From assembly GCA_963770565.1 (NCBI GenBank), contig CAVYQE010000011.1:967371-1031370 (forward strand): DNA of 64,000 nt, read 5' to 3'. Under the pieces are notes generated by a model that was not told the DNA's origin, searched no databases, and worked only from the letters and a program-made list of their open reading frames with translations. The position numbers and the translations under genes were made by a program. How positions within the stretch are numbered: position 1 is the first letter of the stretch; each line of letters starts with the position of its first letter. This document shows, piece by piece, positions 1-10,929 of the stretch. The stretch comes from an uncultured Actinomycetota bacterium (lineage in GTDB: Bacteria; Actinomycetota; Actinomycetes; JAFAQI01).

Positions 1-1466
1 CGGATCCGCTCGCGATCGTCGACCGGCTGGCCCCGTTGCTCGACCTCGATGCGGTCACGCTGTTGCGCCAGCTCAGCGCGCACACCCAGTACGCGCTGCT
101 GACTCCTACCCCGATCTCTCCGTCGGCCGCCGACTCGATCCTCGCGCTGAAGCTGCCGGGCATCACAACGCCGGACACCACTCGGCGGATCTATCCGGAC
201 GGCACGCTCGCCGCCAACGTGATCGGCTTCGTCAACGCCGGCGGACAAGGCGCCGGCGGCCTCGAGTACAGCTATCAGCGCACGCTTGCGGGACACAGTG
301 GGACCGAGCGCTATCAAGTCGGCGCGAACGGCGAAGCGATCCCGGACGGCCGGACCGAGACCACTCCCGCCGTACCCGGCTCCGGGCTTCGACTGACCCT
401 GCAGCGCGACATTCAGTTCGAGGCGCAGCGCCAGATCACCCGCCAAGTGAAGGCCACCAAGTCGCTGTCCGGCACGGTGATCGTGATGAACCCGAAGAAC
501 GGCCAGATCCTCGCCCTGGCGTCGGCACCGACCTTCAACCCGAACAACCTGGCCAAGGCGAACAGCAAGGATCTCGGCGATCCTGCGGTCAGCGTGCCGT
601 TCGAGCCGGGCAGTGTGAACAAGGTCATCACGATGTCGGCCGCGCTCGAGGACGGGCTGGTTACGCCCGACTCGCACTTCGTGATCCCGGACTCCTACCG
701 GGTGGCCGGCACGCCGTTCCACGACGCGGAGAGTCACGGCACCGAGCACCTGACCCTCACCGGCATCCTCGCCGAGTCCAGCAACATCGGTGCGATCAAG
801 GTGGCGCAGCAGCTCGGCCCGCAGCGGTTCGACTACTACCTGCATGCGTATGGCTTCGGCAAGCCGACCGGCGTCGGGCTGCCGGCCGAGAGCGGCGGAT
901 TGCTGCCGCCGCGGTCGCAGTGGTCGGGCACCACCCTCGCGACCCTGTCGTTCGGCCAGGGGATCGACGTCACCGCGATGCAGGTCGCCAGCGTCTACTC
1001 GACCATCGCCGACAACGGCATCCGGGTGAACCCGAACATCGTCGAGGGCACGGTCGACCCCGACCATCAGTTCGCGCCGGCCCCGGCCCCGAGCCGACAC
1101 CGGGTGATCAGCGTGCAGGTGGCCACCGAGCTGCGGAACATGCTCGAAGCGGTGACCTCCAACGAGGGCACCGCGCCGGCGGCTCGGATCGCGGGATACC
1201 GGGTGGCGGGCAAGACCGGTACGGCGAACCGTTACAACGGGCACGGCGGCTACTCGGGCGCCGGCTACACCGCGACCTTCGTCGGCATGGTTCCGGCCGA
1301 CAACCCGCAGCTGGTCTGCGAGGTCGTCCTCGACCGGCCGCTGCACAACCACTACGGCGGCGCGGTCGCGGCCCCGATCTTCCACGACGTGATGAGCTTC
1401 GCGCTGCGAACCCTGAAGATCCCGCCGACGTTCACGAAGCCCCCCAAGGCTCAGCTCAAGTGGTGA
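1..1466 (+). CDS. ftsI: Class B penicillin-binding protein FtsI (5' truncated by window)
   Basis: Transpeptidase motifs SVNK, SSN and KTGT; directly upstream of murE. Confidence 0.93.
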   Translation, partial: DPLAIVDRLAPLLDLDAVTLLRQLSAHTQYALLTPTPISPSAADSILALKLPGITTPDTTRRIYPDGTLAANVIGFVNAGGQGAGGLEYSYQRTLAGHSGTERYQVGANGEAIPDGRTETTPAVPGSGLRLTLQRDIQFEAQRQITRQVKATKSLSGTVIVMNPKNGQILALASAPTFNPNNLAKANSKDLGDPAVSVPFEPGSVNKVITMSAALEDGLVTPDSHFVIPDSYRVAGTPFHDAESHGTEHLTLTGILAESSNIGAIKVAQQLGPQRFDYYLHAYGFGKPTGVGLPAESGGLLPPRSQWSGTTLATLSFGQGIDVTAMQVASVYSTIADNGIRVNPNIVEGTVDPDHQFAPAPAPSRHRVISVQVATELRNMLEAVTSNEGTAPAARIAGYRVAGKTGTANRYNGHGGYSGAGYTATFVGMVPADNPQLVCEVVLDRPLHNHYGGAVAAPIFHDVMSFALRTLKIPPTFTKPPKAQLKW

Positions 1467-1488
1467 GGCTTGGGTAGCGTGCCTCGCG

Positions 1489-3015
1489 ATGCCTGACCTG
1501 TCGCCACGACCGCGCGAGGTGCTGCCCCAGCGCCTCGCCGGGCTGCTGGATCGGTTGCCCGGAGCACGGCTCGACGGTGATCCCGACACCCTGGTCACCG
1601 GGATCAGCCACGACTCCAGAGCGATCCGTCCGGGAGACCTGTACGTCGCCAGAGCGGGGGCGAACACCCACGGAATCGCTCATGTCGACGCGGCGCGGGC
1701 GGCCGGTGCGGTCGCGGTGCTCACCGACGCCGGGTCTGCGGCTGCCGCCCGCACGGCCGGGGTCGAGGCGGTCGTGGTGGTGGCCGACGTACCTGCAGTC
1801 ATGGGTGCTGCGGCGGCGTGGGCCTACTCCGACCCGTCCGCCTCGATGCTGCTGCTGGGCGTCACCGGCACGAACGGCAAGACGACGACGGCCTACCTGA
1901 TCGAGTCGGGCCTGCGTGCCGCCGGCCGCACGACCGGCCTGATCGGAACCATCGAGACCCGGGTGGCCGGCGAGGCGATCCCGAGCATCCGGACCACTCC
2001 GGAGGCGACCGACCTGCATGCCTTGTTCGCCGTGATGCGCGAACGCGGCGTGGACTCCGTCGCGATGGAGGTGTCCAGCCACGCGCTGGCGCTCGGCCGG
2101 GTCGACGGCATCGACTTCGACGTCGCCACCTTCACCAATCTTTCGCAGGACCACCTGGACTTCCACCGCGACATGGCGGACTACTTCGCCGCGAAGGCGG
2201 AGCTGTTCACTCCCGAGCGCTCACGGCGCGCGGTCGTCTGCGTCGACGACTCGTGGGGCGAGCAGCTCGCTGCTCAGGTCACGATCCCGGCGGTCACCGT
2301 TGGCCACTCGGAGCTCGCTGACTGGCGTGAGATCGACGACGAGGACGCAGGCGCTCAGGGGGGCCGAACGACCGTGGTCGATCCCGACGGGGCTCGGCAC
2401 GAGGTGGGGTGCCGCCTCATCGGCGCCGTCAACCTGACCAACGCAGCCCTCGCTTACGTCACCCTGACGGCGGCCGGCATCGATCCGAATCTGGCCGGCG
2501 CCGGGATCGCGGCGCTGCCCGCGGTACCCGGCCGGATGGAGTCGATCGAGGCCGGGCAGCCTTTCTTGGCCCTCGTCGACTACGCCCACACGTCGGAGGC
2601 GGTCAACACATTGCTCGCAGCCGCGCGGGCGCTCACGAGCGGGAGCGGACGGGTCATCGTCGTACTCGGCTGTGGCGGTGACCGCGATCGCGCCAAGCGG
2701 CCACTGATGGGTGCTGCAGCGGCGAGTGGCGCCGATCTGGCCATCTTTACCGACGACAATCCGCGCTCCGAGGACCCGCAGGCGATCCTTGCCGCGATGA
2801 TCAATGGTGTGAACGACGGAGCGGACGTGGTGGTCGAACCCGACCGGCGGGCCGCGATCACGCTCGCGATCAGCAAGGCCGGGCCCGGCGACGTCGTGGT
2901 GGTGGCCGGCAAAGGCCATGAAACCGGCCAGGAGATCGGCGGCCAGGTGTTCCCGTTCGACGACCGGGTGGTCGTGCGCGACGCCCTGCTCGCGTACGGT
3001 GCGGCGACCACATGA
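1489..3015 (+). CDS. murE: UDP-MurNAc-tripeptide synthetase MurE
   Basis: [20 protein letters not shown] and DNPR (DAP-type) motifs. Confidence 0.96.
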   Translation: MPDLSPRPREVLPQRLAGLLDRLPGARLDGDPDTLVTGISHDSRAIRPGDLYVARAGANTHGIAHVDAARAAGAVAVLTDAGSAAAARTAGVEAVVVVADVPAVMGAAAAWAYSDPSASMLLLGVTGTNGKTTTAYLIESGLRAAGRTTGLIGTIETRVAGEAIPSIRTTPEATDLHALFAVMRERGVDSVAMEVSSHALALGRVDGIDFDVATFTNLSQDHLDFHRDMADYFAAKAELFTPERSRRAVVCVDDSWGEQLAAQVTIPAVTVGHSELADWREIDDEDAGAQGGRTTVVDPDGARHEVGCRLIGAVNLTNAALAYVTLTAAGIDPNLAGAGIAALPAVPGRMESIEAGQPFLALVDYAHTSEAVNTLLAAARALTSGSGRVIVVLGCGGDRDRAKRPLMGAAAASGADLAIFTDDNPRSEDPQAILAAMINGVNDGADVVVEPDRRAAITLAISKAGPGDVVVVAGKGHETGQEIGGQVFPFDDRVVVRDALLAYGAATT

Positions 3016-4430
3016 TCACGATGAGTGCCGGTGATGTTGCGGCCCTGACCGGCGGCCGGCTCGAAGCGATCGCGTCGCGGGCCGTCATCGACGGACCGGT
3101 TGTCGTCGACTCGAGGTCGTGTACTGCCGGGTCGTTGTTCGCCTGCGTGCCGGGCGAGCACACCGACGGCCATTTGTACGTCGGCGACGCGTTTCGACGT
3201 GGTGCCGTCGTGGCGTTGACGAACCGTCCGGTCGACGGACCGTGCATCGTTGTCGACGACACCGTGCGCGCGTTGGGTTTCCTGGCCGGCGGAGTGTTGC
3301 GGCGTACGACCGGTTGCCGTGTGATCGGCGTGACCGGTTCGTCCGGGAAGACCTCGACCAAGGACCTGATCGCGGCGTTGGTCGCGCGCGCCGGGAGCAC
3401 CGTCGCGGCGAAGGCGTCGATGAACAACGAGATCGGCCTTCCGCTGACCGTGCTTCAGGTCGAGGAGTCGACCCGGCACCTTGTGCTCGAATACAGCGCG
3501 CGCGGTATCGGCCACATCGAGTACCTGTGCCGGATCGCCCGTCCGGCGATCGCGGTCGTGCTCAATGTCGGCACCGCGCATCTCGGCGAGTTCGGTTCGC
3601 GCGAGGTGGTCGCCGCGGCGAAGGGTGAGCTGGTCGAGGCACTGCCGGCGGACGGGCTGGCGGTGCTCTGCGTCGACGACCCACTGGTGGCCGCGATGCG
3701 CTCCCGGACGATTGCGCCGGTCGTCGGGTTCGGGCGCTCATCGGACGCCGACGTGCGGGTGGCGGATCTGACTCTGGACGACAACGCGCGGCCGCGGTTT
3801 CGCCTGGTCACGCCCGAGGGCTCCACTCCGGTCGCGATGCAGCTGACCGGCGCGCATCAGGCGCTCAACGCCGCCGCCGCCGCCGCGGTCGGTCTTGAAG
3901 TCGGCATGACTCTCGACGAAATCGGCGAGGTGCTCTCCGAGGTGAGTTCCTTGAGCCCGCACCGGATGCAGGTCACCACGCGCGCCGACGGATTGATCGT
4001 GCTCGACGACTCCTACAACGCCAACCCGGAGTCGGTCCGGGTCGCGCTGGACGCGCTGGCCACGGTGTCCACCGGCCGGGGCGGCTCGAGCTGGGCGGTG
4101 CTCGGGGAGATGCGGGAGCTCGGTGCCGACGGCGCGGACCTGCACGCGGAGGTCGGCCGACATGCCGCCGGGCTCGGCATCGATCACCTGGTCGTCGTCG
4201 GCGATGATGCGCAGGCAATCGCGGTCGGAGCCCGCGCGGTGAGCGAGTGGGACGGCGACGTCGAGATCGTGTCGAGTGCCGAGGACGCCGCGGCGCTGCT
4301 CGATGAGTCGGCCACCAGCTCGGACGTAGTGCTGGTGAAAGCCTCGAATGCGCTGTCACTATGGCGGATCGCCGAGGCGTTGCTCCGCCACGATCGTCAC
4401 GTCGCCGCGGTCGATGAGGCCGGCCGATGA
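3012..4430 (+). CDS. murF: UDP-MurNAc-pentapeptide ligase MurF
   Basis: [15 protein letters not shown] and DSYNANPES; ATGA overlap with murE. Confidence 0.96.
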   Translation: MITMSAGDVAALTGGRLEAIASRAVIDGPVVVDSRSCTAGSLFACVPGEHTDGHLYVGDAFRRGAVVALTNRPVDGPCIVVDDTVRALGFLAGGVLRRTTGCRVIGVTGSSGKTSTKDLIAALVARAGSTVAAKASMNNEIGLPLTVLQVEESTRHLVLEYSARGIGHIEYLCRIARPAIAVVLNVGTAHLGEFGSREVVAAAKGELVEALPADGLAVLCVDDPLVAAMRSRTIAPVVGFGRSSDADVRVADLTLDDNARPRFRLVTPEGSTPVAMQLTGAHQALNAAAAAAVGLEVGMTLDEIGEVLSEVSSLSPHRMQVTTRADGLIVLDDSYNANPESVRVALDALATVSTGRGGSSWAVLGEMRELGADGADLHAEVGRHAAGLGIDHLVVVGDDAQAIAVGARAVSEWDGDVEIVSSAEDAAALLDESATSSDVVLVKASNALSLWRIAEALLRHDRHVAAVDEAGR

Positions 4431-5485
4431 GAAACGTTCTCGTTGCCGCCCTAGTGGCGTTGATCGTGTCGATGTTTGCGACCCCGATCGCGATCAGGGC
4501 GCTGAGTAGTCGTGGTTACGGTCAGCTGATCCGCGACGACGGTCCGACCAGCCACCACACCAAGCGGGGTACGCCGACGATGGGTGGCGGAATCATCATC
4601 ATCGCCATCCTGGTCGGCTACTTTGCCGCGCATCTGGTGTTCCTGCGCGGTGTCACAGCGTCGGGTCTGCTCATCTTGTTCCTGATGACCGGGCTGGGTC
4701 TGGTCGGCTTCATCGACGACTTCACCAAGATCCGCAAGCAACGCAGCCTGGGACTGACGAAGACCGCGAAGTTTGCCGGCCAAGCCGTTGTGGCGGTCAT
4801 TTTCGGCGTACTGGCGACGCACTTCACCAACTCGCACGGACTCGCGCCCGCATCCACCCACCTGTCGTTCACCCGCGACTACGCACTGGACTTCACCGCG
4901 GTCGGATTCGTGGTCTGGGCCTACGTGATGGTGACCGCGACGTCGAACGGCGTGAACCTCACCGACGGGCTCGACGGCTTGCTATCCGGCACCTGCTGCA
5001 TGGTGTTCGGTGCGTACGTGATCATCGCGTACTGGCAGTTCCGCAACAACTGCGTGAGCAACCCGATCCACAACTGCTACGCGGTCCGCGACCCGCTCGA
5101 CATCACGATCATCGCGGCCGCCGCAATGGGCGCCTGCTTCGGGTTCTTGTGGTGGCAGGCGCCGCCGGCCGGAATCTTCATGGGCGACACCGGATCGCTC
5201 GCCCTCGGCGGCTTGTTCGCCGGCATCGCCATTACTACGCGCACCGAGTTGCTGCTGATCGTGCTCGGCGGCCTGTTCGTTCTCGAGACATTGTCGGTGA
5301 TCATCCAGGTGGCGGCGTTCCGCGGGTTCGGCCGGCGGGTGTTCAACATGGCGCCGTTCCATCATCATTTCGAACTCGCCGGGTGGAACGAAAACACTGT
5401 CATTGTTCGGTTCTGGATCATTGCCGGGCTGTCGGTCGCGTTCGGTCTCGGCGTGTTCTACGCCGCGTTCCTCTCCCAGTCGTGA
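4427..5485 (+). CDS. mraY: Phospho-MurNAc-pentapeptide transferase
   Basis: [29 protein letters not shown]; polytopic. Confidence 0.97.
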   Translation: MRNVLVAALVALIVSMFATPIAIRALSSRGYGQLIRDDGPTSHHTKRGTPTMGGGIIIIAILVGYFAAHLVFLRGVTASGLLILFLMTGLGLVGFIDDFTKIRKQRSLGLTKTAKFAGQAVVAVIFGVLATHFTNSHGLAPASTHLSFTRDYALDFTAVGFVVWAYVMVTATSNGVNLTDGLDGLLSGTCCMVFGAYVIIAYWQFRNNCVSNPIHNCYAVRDPLDITIIAAAAMGACFGFLWWQAPPAGIFMGDTGSLALGGLFAGIAITTRTELLLIVLGGLFVLETLSVIIQVAAFRGFGRRVFNMAPFHHHFELAGWNENTVIVRFWIIAGLSVAFGLGVFYAAFLSQS

Positions 5486-6849
5486 CGACCGACTACGCCG
5501 GCGCCCGGGTGCTGGTTGCGGGCCTCGGAATCTCGGGGTCGGCCGTGGCTCGGGCATTGCTCGATCGCGGCGCGGAGGTCGTCGCGGTCGATGCCGGTGC
5601 AGGTGACCGGCTCGACCAGGTCGCGGACGAGCTGCGGGCCGCCGGCGCCGAGGTCCGCCTCGGCGACGCCACGACTGCGGTCGACTGCGATCTGGTCGTC
5701 ACCTCGCCGGGGTGGCGACCGGACCAGCCGCTGCTGGCCGACGCGGCCCGGCGTGGCATCGAGGTGATCGGCGAACCGGAGCTGGCCTGGCGGCTCCGCC
5801 CGCCAGGCGCCGCCGACTGGCTGGGCGTGACCGGGACCAACGGCAAGACCACGACGGTCGGCATGCTGGCGTCGATCCTGTCCGCGGCCGGTTTGCACAC
5901 GGTGGCGGCCGGCAACGTGGGGCTGCCGCTGATCGACGCGGTCCTCGCCACCCCGGCGTACGACGTTCTCGCCGTCGAGCTGTCGAGCTTCCAGCTGCAC
6001 TGGTCGTCGTCGCTGCAGTGCTCGGCTGCCAGTGTTCTCAACGTCGCGGACGATCACAGCGACTGGCACGGCTCGGCGGCGGCCTACGCGGAGGACAAGG
6101 CCCGGATCCTGCGCGGCGATGTCCTGGCGGTGGTGAACCTCGACGACGTCGGCTCGATCCGGGCCAGCGCCTGGTCGAGCCGCCGGGTCGGGTTCACGCT
6201 CGGCGAACCCGCGGCGGGGGAGTACGGCCTGCGCGGCGAGGAGCTGATCGACGCGGACGGCTCGGCGCTCGCGACGGTCGGCGATCTGCAGGTGCCGGGA
6301 CCGCACAACGTTGCCAATGCGCTGGCCGCGGCCGCCCTGGCCCGGACCCGGTCGGTTCCGCCGGGCGCGGTTCGATCCGGGTTGCAGGCATACGCACCGG
6401 GGCCGCACCGCAACGAGGTCGTTGCCGTGGGCGGCGGGGTCCGGTGGGTGGACGACTCCAAGGCGACGAATCCGCATGCGGCGGCGGCCAGCCTGTCGGC
6501 GTACGACCACGTGGTGTGGATCGCCGGCGGGTTGCTCAAGGGCGCCAGCGTGGATGACCTGGTCGCCGGTCAGGCGCACCGGATGCGGGCCGTGGTTCTG
6601 ATCGGACAGGACCGCGCGGCGATCGCGGCCGCGCTGGCGCGACACGCGCCGGATGTGCCGGTTGTGACGATCGATACAGATGACACTGAAGGGATGAATG
6701 AGGCAGTGCGCGCCGCGGCCGCCCTGGCGGCGCCGGGCGACACCGTCCTGTTGGCGCCGGCAGCGGCAAGCATGGACATGTTCCACGACTACGCCGAGCG
6801 CGGTGAGCGGTTCGCGACAGCGGCCCGCGACGCGGCCGGGGCGCGATGA
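5482..6849 (+). CDS. murD: UDP-MurNAc-Ala-D-Glu ligase
   Basis: [28 protein letters not shown]; start set to GTG overlapping the mraY stop. Confidence 0.95.
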   Translation: MTTDYAGARVLVAGLGISGSAVARALLDRGAEVVAVDAGAGDRLDQVADELRAAGAEVRLGDATTAVDCDLVVTSPGWRPDQPLLADAARRGIEVIGEPELAWRLRPPGAADWLGVTGTNGKTTTVGMLASILSAAGLHTVAAGNVGLPLIDAVLATPAYDVLAVELSSFQLHWSSSLQCSAASVLNVADDHSDWHGSAAAYAEDKARILRGDVLAVVNLDDVGSIRASAWSSRRVGFTLGEPAAGEYGLRGEELIDADGSALATVGDLQVPGPHNVANALAAAALARTRSVPPGAVRSGLQAYAPGPHRNEVVAVGGGVRWVDDSKATNPHAAAASLSAYDHVVWIAGGLLKGASVDDLVAGQAHRMRAVVLIGQDRAAIAAALARHAPDVPVVTIDTDDTEGMNEAVRAAAALAAPGDTVLLAPAAASMDMFHDYAERGERFATAARDAAGAR

Positions 6850-8105
6850 GCTCAACGACAGCCGGACCGGCTCGACGGGTGAGTGCCGGCCGGACCGCCC
6901 GTCGCCCGCGTCCGGCGTTGCTCGCGCTGCTCGACCGGCCGCTCGCGTCGTACTACCTGGTGATCGGGTCGTCGGTCCTGCTGCTCGCCCTCGGCCTGAT
7001 CATGGTGCTCTCGGCCTCGAGCGTTACGTCGTTCACGTCGTCGGGGTCGTCGTTCACGATCGCCGAGCGACAGGGCATCTGGATGGCGATCGGCCTGCCG
7101 GCGCTGTGGCTCGGTTCTCGGCTTCCGGTCCGGTTCTACCGGCTGCTCGGATACCCGCTGTTGCTGGTCTCGTTCGCGTTGCTGGTGCTCGTGCTAGCGC
7201 CGGGCGTCGGTGTGAACGTCGCGGGTGCGACTCGATGGATCGACCTGCCCGGGGGCCTGCAGATCCAGCCGTCGGAGCCGGCCAAGCTCGCCCTGGTCCT
7301 GTGGGGTGCGGACCTGTTGGCACGCAAGGAAAAACGGCTCGACGAGACAAAGCATCTGCTGATCCCGCTCGTGCCGATTGCGTTGGCGATGTGCGTGCTG
7401 GTGATGGTGCAGCCGGACATGGGGACCACGATCGTGCTGCTGCTGGTCATGCTCGCGCTGCTGTTCACGGCCGGTGCGCCGTGGGGGGTGTTCGCGCGGA
7501 TCGGCGGCCTGCTCGGTGTCGGTCTCGGTGTGCTCGCGGTCGCCGAGCCGTATCGCCTGCAGCGGCTGACCGGTTTCCGCAACCCGTGTGCCGCGCCGAT
7601 CGCGCAGAGCATCGGCTATCAGGCCTGCCAGGGTCTCTACGCGCTGTCCTCCGGCGGCTGGTTCGGTCTCGGGCTCGGCGCGAGCCGGGAGAAGTTCGGC
7701 TACCTGCCCAACCAGTACACCGACTACATTTTCGCGATCATCGGTGAAGAGCTCGGACTCCTCGGAACGTTGCTGGTGCTCGGATTGTTCGCCCTGCTCG
7801 GCTTCGCCGGGATCCGGATCGCGCAACGCTGCTCCGACCACTTCAGCCAGCTGGCCGCCGCCGGCGTGACCGCCTGGCTGCTGGGCCAGGCGCTGGTCAA
7901 CATGGGTGCGGTCGTCGGGTTGCTGCCGATCACCGGCATTCCGTTGCCGTTGGTGTCTTTCGGCGGTTCGGCACTGGTACCGACGATGTTCGGGATCGGC
8001 ATGTTGATCTCGTTCGCGCGCCGCGAGCCCGCGACGGCAAGGGCGCTGGCGTTGCGGAAGGCGTCCCGCGGTTCCTGGTTGCCCAAGGTCGCCTGGAGTC
8101 GCTGA
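6846..8105 (+). CDS. ftsW: SEDS peptidoglycan polymerase FtsW
   Basis: QPSEPAK, QPDMGT, GEELG, LPLVSFGGS. Confidence 0.95.
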   Translation: MSSTTAGPARRVSAGRTARRPRPALLALLDRPLASYYLVIGSSVLLLALGLIMVLSASSVTSFTSSGSSFTIAERQGIWMAIGLPALWLGSRLPVRFYRLLGYPLLLVSFALLVLVLAPGVGVNVAGATRWIDLPGGLQIQPSEPAKLALVLWGADLLARKEKRLDETKHLLIPLVPIALAMCVLVMVQPDMGTTIVLLLVMLALLFTAGAPWGVFARIGGLLGVGLGVLAVAEPYRLQRLTGFRNPCAAPIAQSIGYQACQGLYALSSGGWFGLGLGASREKFGYLPNQYTDYIFAIIGEELGLLGTLLVLGLFALLGFAGIRIAQRCSDHFSQLAAAGVTAWLLGQALVNMGAVVGLLPITGIPLPLVSFGGSALVPTMFGIGMLISFARREPATARALALRKASRGSWLPKVAWSR

Positions 8106-8136
8106 TGTTCGCCGACGTCGCGGCGTGCGTGCGGCG

Positions 8137-9213
8137 ATGAACGTCCTGCTCGCCGGTGGTGGCACCGCGGGACACGTTTCGCCCTTGCTGGCGTTGGCCG
8201 ATCGGCTGGTCGCCGATGACCCCGACACCGGCGTGCTGGTGCTCGGTACCGCAACCGGGATCGAGGCCCGGCTCGTGCCCGCGCGTGGCTATGAGCTGTA
8301 CGAAATCCCGCGCGTTCCGCTGCCCCGCCGGCCATCGCTGCGGGCGTTGCGGCTTCCGGTCGACTTGACCGGGGCGATTCGCGCGGCGCGCCGCGGTGTC
8401 GAGGCGATCCGGGCCGACGTCGTCGTCGGCTTCGGCGGCTATGTGGCAGCTCCGGCGTACCTCGCAGCCCGCCGGGCCGGTGTTCCCATCGTCGTGCACG
8501 AGCAGAACAGCCGTCCGGGCCTGGCGAACCGACTGGGCGCTCGGCTGACCCGATCGGTCGCCGTGACGTTCCCCGGTACCCCGCTGCCGCACGCCGTCCG
8601 CACCGGACTGCCGCTGCGCGCGGAGATCAGCGGGCTGGACCGGGACGCGATGCGGGCCACCGCGCGCGCGTCGTTCGGGCTCGAGCCGGACCGGACCACC
8701 TTGCTCGTGTTCGGCGGGTCCCTCGGCGCGCAACGACTCAACCAGGTTGTGCCGGAAGTGGCAGCCGAGCTGGTCGACCGCGGTGTGCAGGTCCTTCATA
8801 TCTGTGGCGAGGGAAAGGCGGTCGATCTCGCACCCGGCCAGTCGTCGTACGTTGTTCGGGAGTATGTCGATCGCATGGAGCTCGCCTACGCCGCCGCCGA
8901 CCTCGTCGTCGGCCGGGCCGGGGCCAACACGGTGAGTGAGATCACCGCACTCGGCCTGCCCGCGGTGTTCGTGCCGCTGCCGATCGGCAATGGTGAGCAG
9001 CGGCTCAATGCCGGCCCGGTGGTCCAAGCCGGCGGCGCACTGCTGGTGGTGGATGCGGAGCTCGACGCGACCTGGTTGCGGCGACACCTGTTGCCGTTGG
9101 TTGATGATCCGGAGCGCCTGGTGGAGATGGGACGGGCATCGGCCGGCTTCGGTCGGCTCGACGCAGATCGCGAGCTCGCCTCGATGGTGCGATCGGCGGC
9201 CGGGCGGCCATGA
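8137..9213 (+). CDS. murG: Lipid II GlcNAc transferase
   Basis: GGGTAGH, HEQN, GGSLGA, EQRLNA. Confidence 0.96.
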   Translation: MNVLLAGGGTAGHVSPLLALADRLVADDPDTGVLVLGTATGIEARLVPARGYELYEIPRVPLPRRPSLRALRLPVDLTGAIRAARRGVEAIRADVVVGFGGYVAAPAYLAARRAGVPIVVHEQNSRPGLANRLGARLTRSVAVTFPGTPLPHAVRTGLPLRAEISGLDRDAMRATARASFGLEPDRTTLLVFGGSLGAQRLNQVVPEVAAELVDRGVQVLHICGEGKAVDLAPGQSSYVVREYVDRMELAYAAADLVVGRAGANTVSEITALGLPAVFVPLPIGNGEQRLNAGPVVQAGGALLVVDAELDATWLRRHLLPLVDDPERLVEMGRASAGFGRLDADRELASMVRSAAGRP

Positions 9214-10634
9214 CGGTCGTGGACAGCACCGCCGAGATCCCGGCCGCCGATCAGCTCGGCCGGGTGCACCTCATGGGGGTCGGCGGGGCCGGGATGAGTG
9301 GAATCGCTCGCATCCTGTTGGCCCGCGGCTTGACCGTCAGTGGGTGTGACGCCAAAGAATCAACCGTGCTCGCGCCGTTGCGGGCGCTCGGTGCGACCGT
9401 CGACATCGGTCACGATCCGGCCCACCTGGAAGCAATCGACACCCTGATCGTGTCGAGTGCGATTCGCGCAACGAACCCAGAGCTCGTTGCAGCGCAGGCA
9501 AGTGGCCGCCGGGTGCTGCCGCGGGCGGCGGCGCTTGCGTCGGTCATGGCCGGGCGGATCGGGCTGGCAGTTGCCGGCACCCATGGCAAGACCACGACGA
9601 CATCGATGCTCACGGTGGCGATGCATGCCTGCGGCCGTGACCCGAGCTATGCGATCGGCGGTGACCTGAACGAGCCCGGCTCCAATGCACACCACGGCAC
9701 CGGCGAGTTCTTCGTCGCCGAGGCCGACGAGAGTGACCGGTCATTCCTGTTGCTCTCACCGCATGGTGCAGTGGTCACCAACGTGGAGCCGGACCACCTC
9801 GACAACTACGGGAACGCCGCGGCCGTCGACGAAGCGTTCGAGGCGTTCGTCGGCCGGGTCGACCCGGCCGGCGTCGTCCTGCTCGGTGCCGACGACCCGG
9901 GGTCCAGCCGGCTGGTGCCGCTGGCCCGCCACCGGGGCCTGCGGGTGCGGACCTTCGGCTGCGCCGACGAGGCCGACGTGCGGGTCGAGTCGCTCGAGCT
10001 GGCCGGGAGTGGTTCCTCGTTCGACCTGATAGCGGAGGGCCGTCGGCTGGGACGGGTGCAGCTCGCCGTACCGGGCGCCTACAACGCGGTCAACGCCGCC
10101 GGTGCGATCGGGCTCGGGTTGGCCGTCGACCTCCCGTTCGGCGAGATGGCGAGGGGCCTGGCCGGCTTTGCCGGGGTGCGCCGCCGGTTCGAGTTCAAGG
10201 GCGTCGCCGGCGGAGTCCGGGTGTACGACGACTACGCCCACCACCCGACCGAGGTCGGATCAGCCGCGTTGGCGGCCGCCCGCGGGGTGGCCGGTGCCGG
10301 CCGGGTCATCGCGGTCTTCCAGCCGCATCTCTACAGCCGCACCCAGAACTTCGCCGAGCAGTTCGGTGCGGCGCTCGGGGGAGCGGATGTCGCGGTCGTG
10401 ATGGACGTCTACGCGGCCCGCGAGGACCCGATCCCCGGAGTCACCGGCGCGTTGATCGCACGGGCGGTGCCGCTGCCGGCCGACCGGGTGCTGTTCGAGC
10501 CGTCCTGGTCGGCGGTGCCGGCGCTGGTGGCCAGCCTGGCAGGCTCGGGCGACGTGGTGATCACAATCGGCGCAGGGGACGTCACGATGATCGGCCCGGC
10601 AGTGCTGGACATCCTCTCGAGCCGGGCCCGCTGA
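9210..10634 (+). CDS. murC: UDP-MurNAc-L-alanine ligase
   Basis: GVGGAGMS, GTHGKTTT, EADESD, DDYAHHP, FQPHLYSRT. Confidence 0.96.
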   Translation: MTVVDSTAEIPAADQLGRVHLMGVGGAGMSGIARILLARGLTVSGCDAKESTVLAPLRALGATVDIGHDPAHLEAIDTLIVSSAIRATNPELVAAQASGRRVLPRAAALASVMAGRIGLAVAGTHGKTTTTSMLTVAMHACGRDPSYAIGGDLNEPGSNAHHGTGEFFVAEADESDRSFLLLSPHGAVVTNVEPDHLDNYGNAAAVDEAFEAFVGRVDPAGVVLLGADDPGSSRLVPLARHRGLRVRTFGCADEADVRVESLELAGSGSSFDLIAEGRRLGRVQLAVPGAYNAVNAAGAIGLGLAVDLPFGEMARGLAGFAGVRRRFEFKGVAGGVRVYDDYAHHPTEVGSAALAAARGVAGAGRVIAVFQPHLYSRTQNFAEQFGAALGGADVAVVMDVYAAREDPIPGVTGALIARAVPLPADRVLFEPSWSAVPALVASLAGSGDVVITIGAGDVTMIGPAVLDILSSRAR

Positions 10635-10722
10635 GCTACCAAGACCTACTGCTCGTCCTGACGTCGAGACTTCCCCAAGAGTGATCTTCTGTACTGCTAC
10701 ACGGGGATGAGGCTGTCCGGCC

Positions 10723-10752
10723 TTGACCGTGGGAAGCGACTCGGCTTAGTGT
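10723..10752 (+). promoter_or_regulatory. SigA-type promoter for ftsZ
   Basis: TTGACC-N18-TAGTGT in the murC-ftsZ intergenic region. Confidence 0.6.
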
Positions 10753-10929
10753 CCCCGCACGTCAAGGCGACATAACGTCAACTGTCTACTTGAGGATGAG
10801 GGTTGGTCGTGAGGCAAGCACGCGGGCCTCAGGTCATTCCACCCGCACCCGTCGATGACACCTTCCCCGGGTCGTCGGCAGTGCGGTCAAGTCGGCAGCA
10901 CAGGCTCGCTACCTAGGAAGGCAACGCTC

